This document shows, piece by piece, positions 9,334 to 18,807 of a DNA stretch of 64,000 bases. The DNA is from Bacteriovoracaceae bacterium (GTDB lineage: Bacteria; Bdellovibrionota; Bacteriovoracia; Bacteriovoracales; Bacteriovoracaceae). Under the pieces are notes generated by a model, which did no database searches, was not told where the DNA came from, and was given only the letters and a program-made list of their open reading frames with translations. The stretch lies in contig JBMOGR010000014.1 in NCBI GenBank assembly GCA_049318265.1, positions 1-64,000 of the forward strand, written 5' to 3'. The position numbers were made by a program, and so were the translations under genes. Position 1 is the stretch's first letter; each line of letters opens with the position of its first letter.

Positions 9334-12155
9334 AACTTAATCGCTACACTAAAAAATAGCGGAGTTATATCCCATTTTTGTTTGTTGATGAGGTAAGTAA
9401 ATCTCGCTCCCAAATCAAAAGGAATTTTAAACGTTAAAATATTCATATCAAACGTGAGATCAGTTCCTACCGAATTGTAATAAAGCACATGAGCACCTTT
9501 ACCAACACCGTGATCATAGAAAAAAGTCTGTTTTAATCTTTTAAAATTTAACATCATCCCAAAGTTTTTATCAATCATGGCGACTGGGTAAGTATAGTTA
9601 GTGGATACTTTTTTATAACGTTCTTTAAAAAAGAATTCATATCCTCGAGGAAGTAAAAATTCGCTAGCATAACGATAATTTTGAGGGCGTTGTTCTTCCC
9701 AAGCTAAATTAAACCAAAGATTATGATGGTCAAATAATCCAGGGAAATAGAGGTAAGTATTGACCCCAGTTTGTTTTCCTTTATAGTCAGTTCCAAAAGG
9801 TTGCGCCTTGAAGTTTGCCAAAAGAATCTGCCCATATTCTGGGTAAATATCTCTCATACTCATACGTTTTGTATGATCATAACGAAAATGGGAATCAAAA
9901 GATGTGAGGGTTCCATTATACTGCCCAAAAGCTTCTCGAACCTTTTTATCATGGATTTTAATAAACTCAGGACCGGATGTGATCTCTAAGGTGTGAAGGT
10001 AAGCGTCTTGGGTGAAATTAAAGGGAAGTCTAAAATTAAAACCTGCTTTTTCTTCTTTCCATTCGTAAGCATGATTTAAGCCATTTTCTGTGTAGGTAGA
10101 TTGACGTCCGCCATAGGCAACATGAGCGTCGATAATAGGATAAAGTCCAGCATAGCTTACTTGAGCATATCCCCAATTAGTGTCTTCATTTCCATTATAT
10201 TGATAACCAAGTTGAGAGCTCAGAGTGGAAAGTTTGTTGGTTGTAATAAGGGCTACATCATAAGTATTGGCAAAAGAATTAGGAAGAATCACCCAGCTAT
10301 GGGCATTGAAAGCATCCTTGTAGTGATTGTAATATTGGACATCATGATGGCGAGATTGAACTTCTGATAATGTCTCACCTTTATTTTCTTGGTCCACTAA
10401 ATTTTGATAAAGTTTTATATTTCCATCAGTCACTTTCTCCAACGGAGTCCAGCTTGAGGGGTTTAAAGGTGTCTTAACGATATCCATTCCAAGAAACTGA
10501 TAGTCATTGTAGTAAAGATGATTGTTGGCCACATAAGCGTGGTAAGAGCCGTAGGGGCTCGAGGTAACCTGGAAAACTTTTTTATTGGCGAGCTCAACAG
10601 CCCAGATATTATCAAGACCACTTTGATGAGAATTAAAATAAAGATATTCACCGAAGGCAATAGGTCTTGAAAGTGTGTAGGCAACTGGTCCATAAAGAAC
10701 TTCTTCAACTCCAGTTTCAACATCCACTTTGACTAAAGACTGACCCTGCTTTTGTTGTTTGATGACAGCGATGGCTTTTCCATCAGGGAAATAAGAGGGC
10801 GTAAAATAATAAACATCTGATGGGATATGAAATTGTTTTTTTACTTCAAAAGTTGCGCTATCTAAAATAACCAGACTGCGCTTCATATAGAGACCATTTT
10901 CGATCACAGCAATATGGCTTTCATCTGGAGAGTAGACTGGGGAGAAATATCTTGTTTGACTCGTAAGTTGTTCAACTTTTTTCGTTTTCAGGTCATAGTT
11001 TTTTAGGACGGAATAGGTTCTTTGGCCATAACGAGGGTCAAAACGAGTCTCATTCCATATAATTTTATTTTTTGAAATGTTAAAAGGGTTGTCATAAAGA
11101 AAGCCTGGAATGTGCAGCACTTCTTCTTCTCCGCCACTTATTTTCACTAATTGCGGAATATGTCCTAGACCAGACTTAACGGCATAGACACTTCCTTCAC
11201 CATCCACCATGGGAAAATCATAGTTGGTCCAGCCAGTACGAGATGGGACAGGTATTTTTTCTGAGGAAGTTAATGTGAGACTTTTTTGCTGCTCTTGCCA
11301 TTCTTTTTTTAGATCGAGCATACAGTCTTTGTAAATTTCATCTAGATCACGACCAGTAACTCGCTCAATGGCATTACTCATGGCATAGGGGTTGTAGGAT
11401 TTTTCAGTGGCAAAAGAAAGAATCTTTTCCCAAGCATCAATGCCGTATTTTCTTTTGATCCACGTAGAAAGAAGATAACCAAGTGGATAGTGATTTGGAT
11501 AAAAATCTTTGTAGGATCCAAGATAAGCTTTTTGGTAACTGTATAATTCATTATTAAGGAGGATAGTTCTGATTGGTAAATCAAAAAGGGGAAGGCGACC
11601 TCGACCACCTTTGGATAGTGCCGTTTCAGACCCAACAGCATCTCCTTCCCAAACCCATTGAGGAAGGGCGATGTTTGAACCTATGGCCCAACCAAATTCA
11701 CCGAGGAAAAAATAAAGCACCTTGGTAAAGCCACGTTTGGCCTTATCATATTGAACCACATGTCTTATTTCATGCACCGCCAAGAGATCGAGCCATTCAA
11801 CGTTTCCAAAAACGGCGTTGGAGCCCGGAGGTGTGGTGTACCACTCACTTCTTCTTGGGGCCAAAGCCACCATAGCATTAGCATCGGAGGATTGATTGAA
11901 AAGAAGAACGGTAATTTTTGTTGGTTCTTTTTTTAAACTTTCTGAGGTTGGTTTATAAACCGCTTCTAAAACATCAGCCACTCTCTTGGCATCACTTTCT
12001 AATTCTTGATCAAAGACCACTTCATAATGATCAGTGTGAATACTTTTCCAAACAACTCCAGGAGCGTTTTGCATGGGAGGCAAACTCATCGTTAAGATTT
12101 GAGCTTGAGCATAGACCGAGAAAATGAAAAGAAAGAAAAGAAGCCACTGTTTCAT
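9330..12155 (-). CDS. secreted multidomain protein: zinc-metallopeptidase-like N-domain (HEIRH), TolB/PD40-like beta-propeller, C-terminal predicted beta-barrel
   Basis: Signal peptide MKQWLLFFLFIFSVYAQA at the internal Met (track 9330..12200). HExxH in LAVHEIRHVVQYD. PD40-like repeats (VYSPDESHIAV, YFPDGKAIAV). The C-terminal roughly 250 aa show an alternating hydrophobic pattern ending in Phe (FFSVAIKF), typical of an OM beta-barrel. The start ATG overlaps the upstream MscS stop (ATGA). Confidence 0.6.
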   Translation of the reverse strand: MKQWLLFFLFIFSVYAQAQILTMSLPPMQNAPGVVWKSIHTDHYEVVFDQELESDAKRVADVLEAVYKPTSESLKKEPTKITVLLFNQSSDANAMVALAPRRSEWYTTPPGSNAVFGNVEWLDLLAVHEIRHVVQYDKAKRGFTKVLYFFLGEFGWAIGSNIALPQWVWEGDAVGSETALSKGGRGRLPLFDLPIRTILLNNELYSYQKAYLGSYKDFYPNHYPLGYLLSTWIKRKYGIDAWEKILSFATEKSYNPYAMSNAIERVTGRDLDEIYKDCMLDLKKEWQEQQKSLTLTSSEKIPVPSRTGWTNYDFPMVDGEGSVYAVKSGLGHIPQLVKISGGEEEVLHIPGFLYDNPFNISKNKIIWNETRFDPRYGQRTYSVLKNYDLKTKKVEQLTSQTRYFSPVYSPDESHIAVIENGLYMKRSLVILDSATFEVKKQFHIPSDVYYFTPSYFPDGKAIAVIKQQKQGQSLVKVDVETGVEEVLYGPVAYTLSRPIAFGEYLYFNSHQSGLDNIWAVELANKKVFQVTSSPYGSYHAYVANNHLYYNDYQFLGMDIVKTPLNPSSWTPLEKVTDGNIKLYQNLVDQENKGETLSEVQSRHHDVQYYNHYKDAFNAHSWVILPNSFANTYDVALITTNKLSTLSSQLGYQYNGNEDTNWGYAQVSYAGLYPIIDAHVAYGGRQSTYTENGLNHAYEWKEEKAGFNFRLPFNFTQDAYLHTLEITSGPEFIKIHDKKVREAFGQYNGTLTSFDSHFRYDHTKRMSMRDIYPEYGQILLANFKAQPFGTDYKGKQTGVNTYLYFPGLFDHHNLWFNLAWEEQRPQNYRYASEFLLPRGYEFFFKERYKKVSTNYTYPVAMIDKNFGMMLNFKRLKQTFFYDHGVGKGAHVLYYNSVGTDLTFDMNILTFKIPFDLGARFTYLINKQKWDITPLFFSVAIKF

Positions 12156-13843
12156 GAATGTACCTGGTGAATGACAAGTTGGTTGAAGGGAATATTCCAT
12201 TTTTCTTGTATAGATATTTGCAGTAGTAAGGAGTTTAGGTCACGAAGAATTTGTGAACGATGAGTTGCATGAGCTCCTTCAAATTTGGCCATAACATAAA
12301 GGTCTAGACTATTAACTGAAGCCCCAGCAAAGGACACTTGTATTTCAACTGGTTGATAAGGAAATTGTTTAAAGTTTTCACTGAGGTTTGTTTTAAGTTT
12401 CGGTATCATATCGGAGAATAGAGTAGATTGGTTTAAATAGTCCACTGACCAATTAACTTCAACCACAAAACCACTTTTCATATTGGTAGGAAAAAGAGCT
12501 AGGTAGTCTTGCACTTGGAAATATTTCCTCGATACTCCATTTATTTCTAACACAACTTTTTCAAGAGTCTGACTGACAATTTGACCATAAACTCCATCGT
12601 TCAATAAGACCCAGTCTCCTGTTCGAGACGGGAACCACTGTTCGTTAGGAAGAATCTTACGTGAATGCATTTTAACGATTTCAGAAATTTGAATTCTAAT
12701 TAGTTGTGAATCTAAAAATTCATTTTCAAAAACGGTCTGGAAGCCAATACTTTTTACTTTCCATGGAAGACCTTCATACACAACAAGTTCTCCCTCTTTA
12801 ATAGTTCCAAAATTTAAAATTAATTTAAACTCTGTAAGGTATTTGGGGAGGTAGTTTTTTGAAGCCCACAATATGGCCGTAATGGCCAGGATAGTAAGAG
12901 TCACTAATACCCAGTCGCCTAAAGCAGAGAGAGTGAAAAGTGAAAGCCCGAAGGAGAGTGTTATTGAAGCTAAGCCATAGAAGGCTTTAACTGGTTTCAC
13001 ATACCATTCATCGGGATGAACTGCTAAAAGTCGGTTTAGTGCTTTTTCACGGAACTTAAGCATAGGCCAGAAAGTCATCCAAAAGACCATAAAGGAAAGA
13101 AATAAATTTTTTCCACGAGTTGAAAGGAAATCCTTCGTCCCTTCTTTAATTGCATCCCAAACGCTTTTTTTATCTTTGGTCAATTCTAAGAGTTTCGAAC
13201 TTAGTGATTCAATTTTGAGATGATGCTCTTGTTTTTTATCAGTGATGTCATCGATAGCATCGCTAATATAAGGGGCTATCTCTGGTAAAATAGCTTGAAA
13301 ATCTGGAGAGGTTTTGACTGAGTCTAAATTTTGGAGCGCCTGATCTAAAAGAATTATTTGTTCTTCATGAAAAGCGATTCGATTTTTAAGACTTTCAATT
13401 CGGCGAGGCTTGGCTGAAATCCTATGAAACGAATCAAGCGCTGGACCAATGAGTTGCTGAGCTTCCGCCATCAAGTCTCTTTTTTTGGGGTCTTTTGGTT
13501 TGTCCTCAGCTCCTAACTGAATATTGGTGATCACCGAAATGAGATTGAGTTTGGTTTTGTCGTAGCGTTTTTTAAGCTTATCTAAGTCAGCATCTATAAT
13601 GAGTTTGTCTGCCTTATCTGTTGCTTCTCCTAGCATTTTTTCTTTAAGGTTCATTTGTTTTTTTAGATTGGTCAAATTGTCTTTTACTAATTGAATAGTA
13701 TTGACCTTTTCTGAATCGAAAGCTTCTTCTGAATCCTCTACTGGTAAAATATTAATATCTTCGGGTTTGTCATCTTGAGCCCAAACAAATGTTAAATTAA
13801 AACTTATGATAAGTAATAGAAGACTGAGAAAATTTTTTTTCAT
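12152..13843 (-). CDS. mechanosensitive ion channel, MscS family (MscK-like periplasmic coiled-coil N-domain)
   Basis: Signal peptide, then a long coiled-coil region, then TM helices, then the MscS beta-domain signature (GTIKEGELVVYEGLPWKVKSIGFQTV...QIVSQTLEKVVLEI). Confidence 0.7.
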   Translation of the reverse strand: MKKNFLSLLLLIISFNLTFVWAQDDKPEDINILPVEDSEEAFDSEKVNTIQLVKDNLTNLKKQMNLKEKMLGEATDKADKLIIDADLDKLKKRYDKTKLNLISVITNIQLGAEDKPKDPKKRDLMAEAQQLIGPALDSFHRISAKPRRIESLKNRIAFHEEQIILLDQALQNLDSVKTSPDFQAILPEIAPYISDAIDDITDKKQEHHLKIESLSSKLLELTKDKKSVWDAIKEGTKDFLSTRGKNLFLSFMVFWMTFWPMLKFREKALNRLLAVHPDEWYVKPVKAFYGLASITLSFGLSLFTLSALGDWVLVTLTILAITAILWASKNYLPKYLTEFKLILNFGTIKEGELVVYEGLPWKVKSIGFQTVFENEFLDSQLIRIQISEIVKMHSRKILPNEQWFPSRTGDWVLLNDGVYGQIVSQTLEKVVLEINGVSRKYFQVQDYLALFPTNMKSGFVVEVNWSVDYLNQSTLFSDMIPKLKTNLSENFKQFPYQPVEIQVSFAGASVNSLDLYVMAKFEGAHATHRSQILRDLNSLLLQISIQEKWNIPFNQLVIHQVHS

Positions 13844-13852
13844 TTTTTGACC

Positions 13853-15073
13853 TTAAGAATCCATGATTTCAATTTTGCGGATAATGAACAAAGAGCAGAT
13901 GATAGAAATAACACCGATATAACCAACGATATCGTAATTTAAAATTTCATTGTTTTCTCCATGGGTAATGATGAGTCCTGCCACAAAAGCAGCAAGCCCA
14001 CTGGCCATTTGTTGGACACAAGAATTGATACTCATAAAGCGCCCTCTCATTTGTGTACTACTAGTGGCAGTGATGAGGGCCATGGCAGGAATAAATCTTC
14101 CCGAAGTAAACATCATGAAAAGAGTCGTCGTCGCGATGGCCACTGGAAAACTTACCCTTGGGATATGTGTTAAAAAAGTAAGTGGTATGACAGACAAAAC
14201 CGCGATAACAGTAAATAGTCTGGCTTTTCCATAACGGTCGGCAAACTTTCCAACCAACCTGGCTGAAAAAAAAGTAAAAATCCCACCGACTAGATAAATA
14301 TAGGTCAAATCTTTTTCTGCTAAACCAGCATTAAAAACCATTACCGGGCTAATAAAAGGTATCAGCGCAAAACTTGAAAACATTAAAACGGTGACCAGTA
14401 AAAAAGCCCATAAATGATTTTTGACGGTAAAGACTTTAAACACTTCATCAAGGTCATTGGTAGGTTTCCGGTCAATCAGATGCATATTCAGATTAGGGAT
14501 ATAAATGGAACTGATTAATAAAATAAAAAATGAAAGACAAGCGAGCATAAGAAAAGGTGCATGCCAAGAAAACATAGTAGCTACTTGAAGACCAATGGGA
14601 ACTCCAACAACTGAAGCGATAGAAAAGGCTGACATGATTTTACCGGTGGCGGATCCTCTTCTGGAAAACGGAATAGTATCACCGATAATGGAAAATACGA
14701 GACCGCCAATAATTCCGCCAAAAGCTCCAGCGATAATACGACCTAAGATTAAAATACTGTAATTGGGGGCAAAGGCACAAACCAAGGTTCCAATGATAAA
14801 ACCTGAATAAACTAAGTTAAGAGTCCACTTGCGATCAAAACGATCAATAACAAAAGCCGAGAGAAAACCAAAAATACTGGCGGCAAAAGTGTAGGCAGAA
14901 ACCATGAAGGAAAATTGGCTAGGAGAAATATTAAAAATTCTCATCATCTGTGGACCTAAAGGCATCATGATGACGAAATCTAATATGTGAGTAAATTGGA
15001 TCATGGTCAAAATTAAAATGAAAGCACGTTCATTTTTGATTAAGGCATGACTTTTCACATCCGTATGAGACAT
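13853..15073 (-). CDS. MFS transporter
   Basis: 12-TM-like hydropathy. The MFS motif region is GRIIAGAFGGIIGGLVFSIIGDTIPFSRRG. Confidence 0.7.
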   Translation of the reverse strand: MSHTDVKSHALIKNERAFILILTMIQFTHILDFVIMMPLGPQMMRIFNISPSQFSFMVSAYTFAASIFGFLSAFVIDRFDRKWTLNLVYSGFIIGTLVCAFAPNYSILILGRIIAGAFGGIIGGLVFSIIGDTIPFSRRGSATGKIMSAFSIASVVGVPIGLQVATMFSWHAPFLMLACLSFFILLISSIYIPNLNMHLIDRKPTNDLDEVFKVFTVKNHLWAFLLVTVLMFSSFALIPFISPVMVFNAGLAEKDLTYIYLVGGIFTFFSARLVGKFADRYGKARLFTVIAVLSVIPLTFLTHIPRVSFPVAIATTTLFMMFTSGRFIPAMALITATSSTQMRGRFMSINSCVQQMASGLAAFVAGLIITHGENNEILNYDIVGYIGVISIICSLFIIRKIEIMDS

Positions 15074-15145
15074 ATTTCTACTTTTAACTAATGATTTTAA
15101 CTTTCATATTTGAGCATATCTGGGGTAAAACAGAAAGCTCGAAAG

Positions 15146-15913
15146 ATGAAAATACTAAGTTTTAAAGCTACCCATGATCTAGAAAAATACGCCGCCACAC
15201 TTATACTTAATGAAGTGCAGAAAAAGCCACGCCTGGTGCTTGGATTGGCTACCGGAAGGACGATGGTTGGGGTCTATCAAGAATTGGTGCACTTGGCTCA
15301 AAATACCTTCACCTCATTTAAGGAAGTTACTACCTTCAATCTGGATGAATATGTTGGACTCTCTGAACTTCATCCAGCCAGTTTTCATTCTTACATGAAT
15401 GAAAAATTGTTTTCTCATTTAAGCTTTGATACCACCCATTGCTTTCTTCCACGCGGTATGGCCTTAAACGCAGAAGCTGAAGCCCTTCGTTATGAAAATG
15501 AAATTCAAAAAAGTGGTGGAATTGATTTCCAACTTTTAGGTCTAGGGCAAAACGCTCATATTGGATTTAATGAACCTGGCTCAAGTTTTCATTCACGCAC
15601 TCGCTTAGTTCAACTTTCACCTGCAACAAAAGCACAAAACCTATTTGCCTTTTCTGATGGTCAAATTCCCGATACGGCAATCTCAATGGGGCTTGCGACT
15701 ATTATGCGGAGTAAGAAAATTTTACTGGTTGTAACGGGGGCTTCAAAAGCCGTACCACTTAGAGATTGTTTGGCCGATGTGAACGAATATGTTCCTGCAT
15801 CTATTTTACAGAGACATGCCGCCGTAACCATTTTAGCTGATGAAGAGGCGTTAAGCTTAATTCCCGAAAGTCAAAAAAAGCTCATCACTAGAACTGATCA
15901 TAATCTTCCCTGA
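15146..15913 (+). CDS. nagB: glucosamine-6-phosphate deaminase
   Basis: LVLGLATGRTMVGVY, FNLDEYVGL, LLGLGQNAHIGFNEPGS and LLVVTGASKA are NagB signatures. The start is taken at MKILSF (track ORF from 15110). Confidence 0.85.
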   Translation: MKILSFKATHDLEKYAATLILNEVQKKPRLVLGLATGRTMVGVYQELVHLAQNTFTSFKEVTTFNLDEYVGLSELHPASFHSYMNEKLFSHLSFDTTHCFLPRGMALNAEAEALRYENEIQKSGGIDFQLLGLGQNAHIGFNEPGSSFHSRTRLVQLSPATKAQNLFAFSDGQIPDTAISMGLATIMRSKKILLVVTGASKAVPLRDCLADVNEYVPASILQRHAAVTILADEEALSLIPESQKKLITRTDHNLP

Positions 15914-16651
15914 GTCAGCCACAAAAGCATTTCTTTGCATTTTCCCCAAGGTCAAAAGCACACTGTAAAGAATCTCTTGTGAGGCTTTTTCAACACCTCC
16001 AACCAGTTCAGATCCACGGCGTGAATTATCTGCCAAGGTAAAAGGCAGTCGTAAATGATAAGGATTTCGCTCAATTTCACCTTGATGAAATAATAAAGCC
16101 TCTACCATTTTTGAGACATTATCTTCCGAGAGTTCTAATAAGAGATTAGGCGATTTTTGTGGCTGCCAGAATTCGTGAAAAACAATTTTTCCCTTGAAGT
16201 CACTTTCTTGTAGGGCCTGTTGTACTAATCTCGAGCATTCCTCATGGGTTTTATGTCCATCTTGATCATGGCAAGTTATAACAATGGATGGTTTATGCTT
16301 ACCAATCAACTGCAGCAGCTCATTTTTTTCAGAACCTTTAGTCAAAGGTGGGGTTAAAGTAAAGCCTAAATGCTGGCAGGCATTTTTTAATTCTTCTAAG
16401 CGTTCACTTTGTCTTGATACCTTGGAGCCCAAACTGAAAGGAACATTGATAATGCAAAAGCCTAATTCATTTTTTAATCTTAAAGCCAAACCACCACTGA
16501 TTGCTTCGTCGTCAGGGTGGGGAGAAACTAACAGGACTACTTGATCACTTTTTAATGTTTTAAGATTATACTTTTTAGGACTTTGTTTTAAGGCTCTCCA
16601 GTAATTCTCTGAAATACATTTTATGTAAGGGAGGACATCACTTTTTTTCAA
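15857..16651 (-). CDS. PIG-L/LmbE-family N-acetylglucosaminyl deacetylase
   Basis: VVLLVSPHPDDEAISGG is the PIG-L zinc-binding signature. The C-terminal 57 bp overlap the convergent nagB. Confidence 0.7.
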   Translation of the reverse strand: MKKSDVLPYIKCISENYWRALKQSPKKYNLKTLKSDQVVLLVSPHPDDEAISGGLALRLKNELGFCIINVPFSLGSKVSRQSERLEELKNACQHLGFTLTPPLTKGSEKNELLQLIGKHKPSIVITCHDQDGHKTHEECSRLVQQALQESDFKGKIVFHEFWQPQKSPNLLLELSEDNVSKMVEALLFHQGEIERNPYHLRLPFTLADNSRRGSELVGGVEKASQEILYSVLLTLGKMQRNAFVADSGKIMISSSDELFLTFGN

Positions 16652-17541
16652 GGATTATCCTTGGCATTTTGATCTTCTTCTAAAATTTCAGACCATACTT
16701 TTTTCTTCTTTTGCAGTGTCACTCCATCCAATGGGGCAGCTCCTTCAGCTGGTTCCTCTTGTTTTACTTTGTTATTTGTTTCACCAATCGCTTGGGAGAC
16801 ACTTTCTTTCAGCGATTTTTTTGTGGTTCCATTGGCTAAATCTTTCAAAAAAGTCGCCCCTTCAGGGCCCTCTGGTGCTAGTAAACGTTTCAACTGATCT
16901 GGGGTTAAAGCAATGAGAAAATCCTCTTCTTTAGATTCTGAAGTTAAAAGTTTTGTATTCAAAACTTTTCCTAAGGAAAGTCCAATTTTCTTCCAATTTT
17001 TATGACCTAAGCCAGTTAAGTCTACAAAAGCTTGTCCTTCGATTAAGGAAATTTTAGTGATTTCGCCTTTATTTTCTTTCACGATTTCTGCTAAAATTTG
17101 TGTCCCACGAATTCCCATAGAAACTTTACCAATTTTATAGGTTAATTCATTATTGTCAGCGGGCTGATTAACTTCTGAACGTAAATGACCATCTTTGAGT
17201 TCAAAAATGGCATTACGTTTTGTCTTTGTTTCAAAGTTATAAAGGACAATTTCAAAATGGCTCTTAGGCCCAAGTGTTATGACTGTATCATCTGTCAGTT
17301 TTACTTTGACGATTGATTTATCCATAGTGACAAGATCATCTCCGGTAAAAAGTTCTGTTCCTTCTTTCAAGGGAATAAAGGCCTTACTATCGGAGTGAGG
17401 AGTTCGGGTTGCTTCACCTTTGACCATCAGCACTTTTCCTACTACCGTCATTTGAAGTTTGTTGGTTTTGGGATCAACAAAACTTTGACCCAAAGCCAGT
17501 GTGGGAAGAAGGATAAAGCAAAGACTCATCATCATTTTCAT
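16648..17541 (-). CDS. secreted FecR-domain-like protein
   Basis: Signal peptide MKMMMSLCFILLPTLALGQ. The central beta-rich region resembles the FecR fold (VITLGPKSHFEIVLYNF...FELKDGHLRSEV). It has 4-bp overlaps with both neighbours. Confidence 0.4.
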   Translation of the reverse strand: MKMMMSLCFILLPTLALGQSFVDPKTNKLQMTVVGKVLMVKGEATRTPHSDSKAFIPLKEGTELFTGDDLVTMDKSIVKVKLTDDTVITLGPKSHFEIVLYNFETKTKRNAIFELKDGHLRSEVNQPADNNELTYKIGKVSMGIRGTQILAEIVKENKGEITKISLIEGQAFVDLTGLGHKNWKKIGLSLGKVLNTKLLTSESKEEDFLIALTPDQLKRLLAPEGPEGATFLKDLANGTTKKSLKESVSQAIGETNNKVKQEEPAEGAAPLDGVTLQKKKKVWSEILEEDQNAKDNP

Positions 17542-18089
17542 ACAGATCCTTGATCTTGAATTTTAATAAATTGTTCGTATTCTTCATTATAACTTAAAAG
17601 TTTAGTATCTTTCACGTGATCTACATAGAGTTTTCCAAATAAATGATCAAGTTCGTGCTGAAAGACGGTGGCAATAAAGCCTTGAGCAATTATTAACTGC
17701 GACTTTCCATTCTCATCTTGAAAATCAACTTGAATTTTTGAAGGTCGCTCAACATAACCTCGCAATCCTGGGACTGATAAACAACCTTCCCAATAGCCTT
17801 GGGGAGTAGAATCAAGAACTGTGATTTTGGGATTGATAAAAACAGTCAGCGGATAATCTTCAGTAATATTGTAGCGAGGATTAGTATTTAAGACTTCGAG
17901 AATGGCAATTTTTTTGGAAATACCTATCTGAGGTGCCGCTATTCCTACGCCCCCATAATATTTCATACACTCTTTTAGATCTTCAATTATTGTTTTCGTT
18001 TCCGAAGACAAAATCTCCTCTAGAGATAAGTTTTTCGCTTCAACACGCAGAAGTGGATGCCCCATTCTTAATAAATTTTTAATAGACAC
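17538..18089 (-). CDS. def: peptide deformylase
   Basis: All three Def motifs are present: GVGIAAPQIG, EGCLSVPG, QHELDHLFG. Confidence 0.9.
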   Translation of the reverse strand: MSIKNLLRMGHPLLRVEAKNLSLEEILSSETKTIIEDLKECMKYYGGVGIAAPQIGISKKIAILEVLNTNPRYNITEDYPLTVFINPKITVLDSTPQGYWEGCLSVPGLRGYVERPSKIQVDFQDENGKSQLIIAQGFIATVFQHELDHLFGKLYVDHVKDTKLLSYNEEYEQFIKIQDQGSV

Positions 18090-18120
18090 TTAAACCTCAT
18101 ATCCCTTAGACTTAAAATCT

Positions 18121-18798
18121 ATGGAAACAATTAATCAATTCATTCACATGTTCGCCCAATTCTTTGACATCATTATGCACTTAGATGTTCACTTGAATGT
18201 TTGGGTCACTAGCTTTGGTCCTTGGATCTATTTGATCCTCTTCCTTATTATTTTCTGCGAAACTGGCCTTATCGTCACACCTTTTTTACCTGGGGATTCT
18301 TTGCTCTTTGCCCTTGGAGCTTTGGCTGCCACAGATAATGCTTATCTTGATTTAAAGTTGTTGGCGGTTGTTCTGATTACTGCCGGAATTATAGGGGATG
18401 CAGTCAACTATTCCATCGGTCGATATTTGGGCCCTAAGGTTTTTAAATCCCAGTCCAGGTTTTTGAAAAAAGAATACCTGGATAAAACTCAAGCTTTTTA
18501 TGAAAAACATGGTGGGAGAACCATTATTCTTGCTCGATACCTTCCTATTGTTCGTACTTTTGCTCCCTTTGTCGCGGGAGTTGGGGCGATGAAATATCCT
18601 CGTTTTCTTGTTTACAATATTGTAGGGGCAGTGACCTGGGTTTTAATTTTTCTTTTGTTAGGTAACTATTTTGGTAATCTTCCCTCAGTCAAAAGCAATT
18701 TTCATATTGTCATTTTTGGAATTATTGGTGTTTCCATGCTGCCAATTGCGATTGAATTTGTCAGGAATTATCGAGAGAAAGCTGCCAAGCAAAGTTAA
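18121..18798 (+). CDS. DedA/VTT-family membrane protein
   Basis: FCETGLIVTPFLPGDSLLFALGALAA is the DedA core. There are several TM helices. Confidence 0.7.
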   Translation: METINQFIHMFAQFFDIIMHLDVHLNVWVTSFGPWIYLILFLIIFCETGLIVTPFLPGDSLLFALGALAATDNAYLDLKLLAVVLITAGIIGDAVNYSIGRYLGPKVFKSQSRFLKKEYLDKTQAFYEKHGGRTIILARYLPIVRTFAPFVAGVGAMKYPRFLVYNIVGAVTWVLIFLLLGNYFGNLPSVKSNFHIVIFGIIGVSMLPIAIEFVRNYREKAAKQS

Positions 18799-18807
18799 TT
18801 ATATTTC

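Noticed and set aside
12150-12200. Apparent 1-nt mismatch between my manual reading of the displayed bases near 12175-12185 and the track translations (both overlapping ORFs imply ...caaccaacttgtcat...).
   Set aside because: Most likely my own transcription error while counting. The two independent track proteins agree with each other, so I kept the track coordinates.
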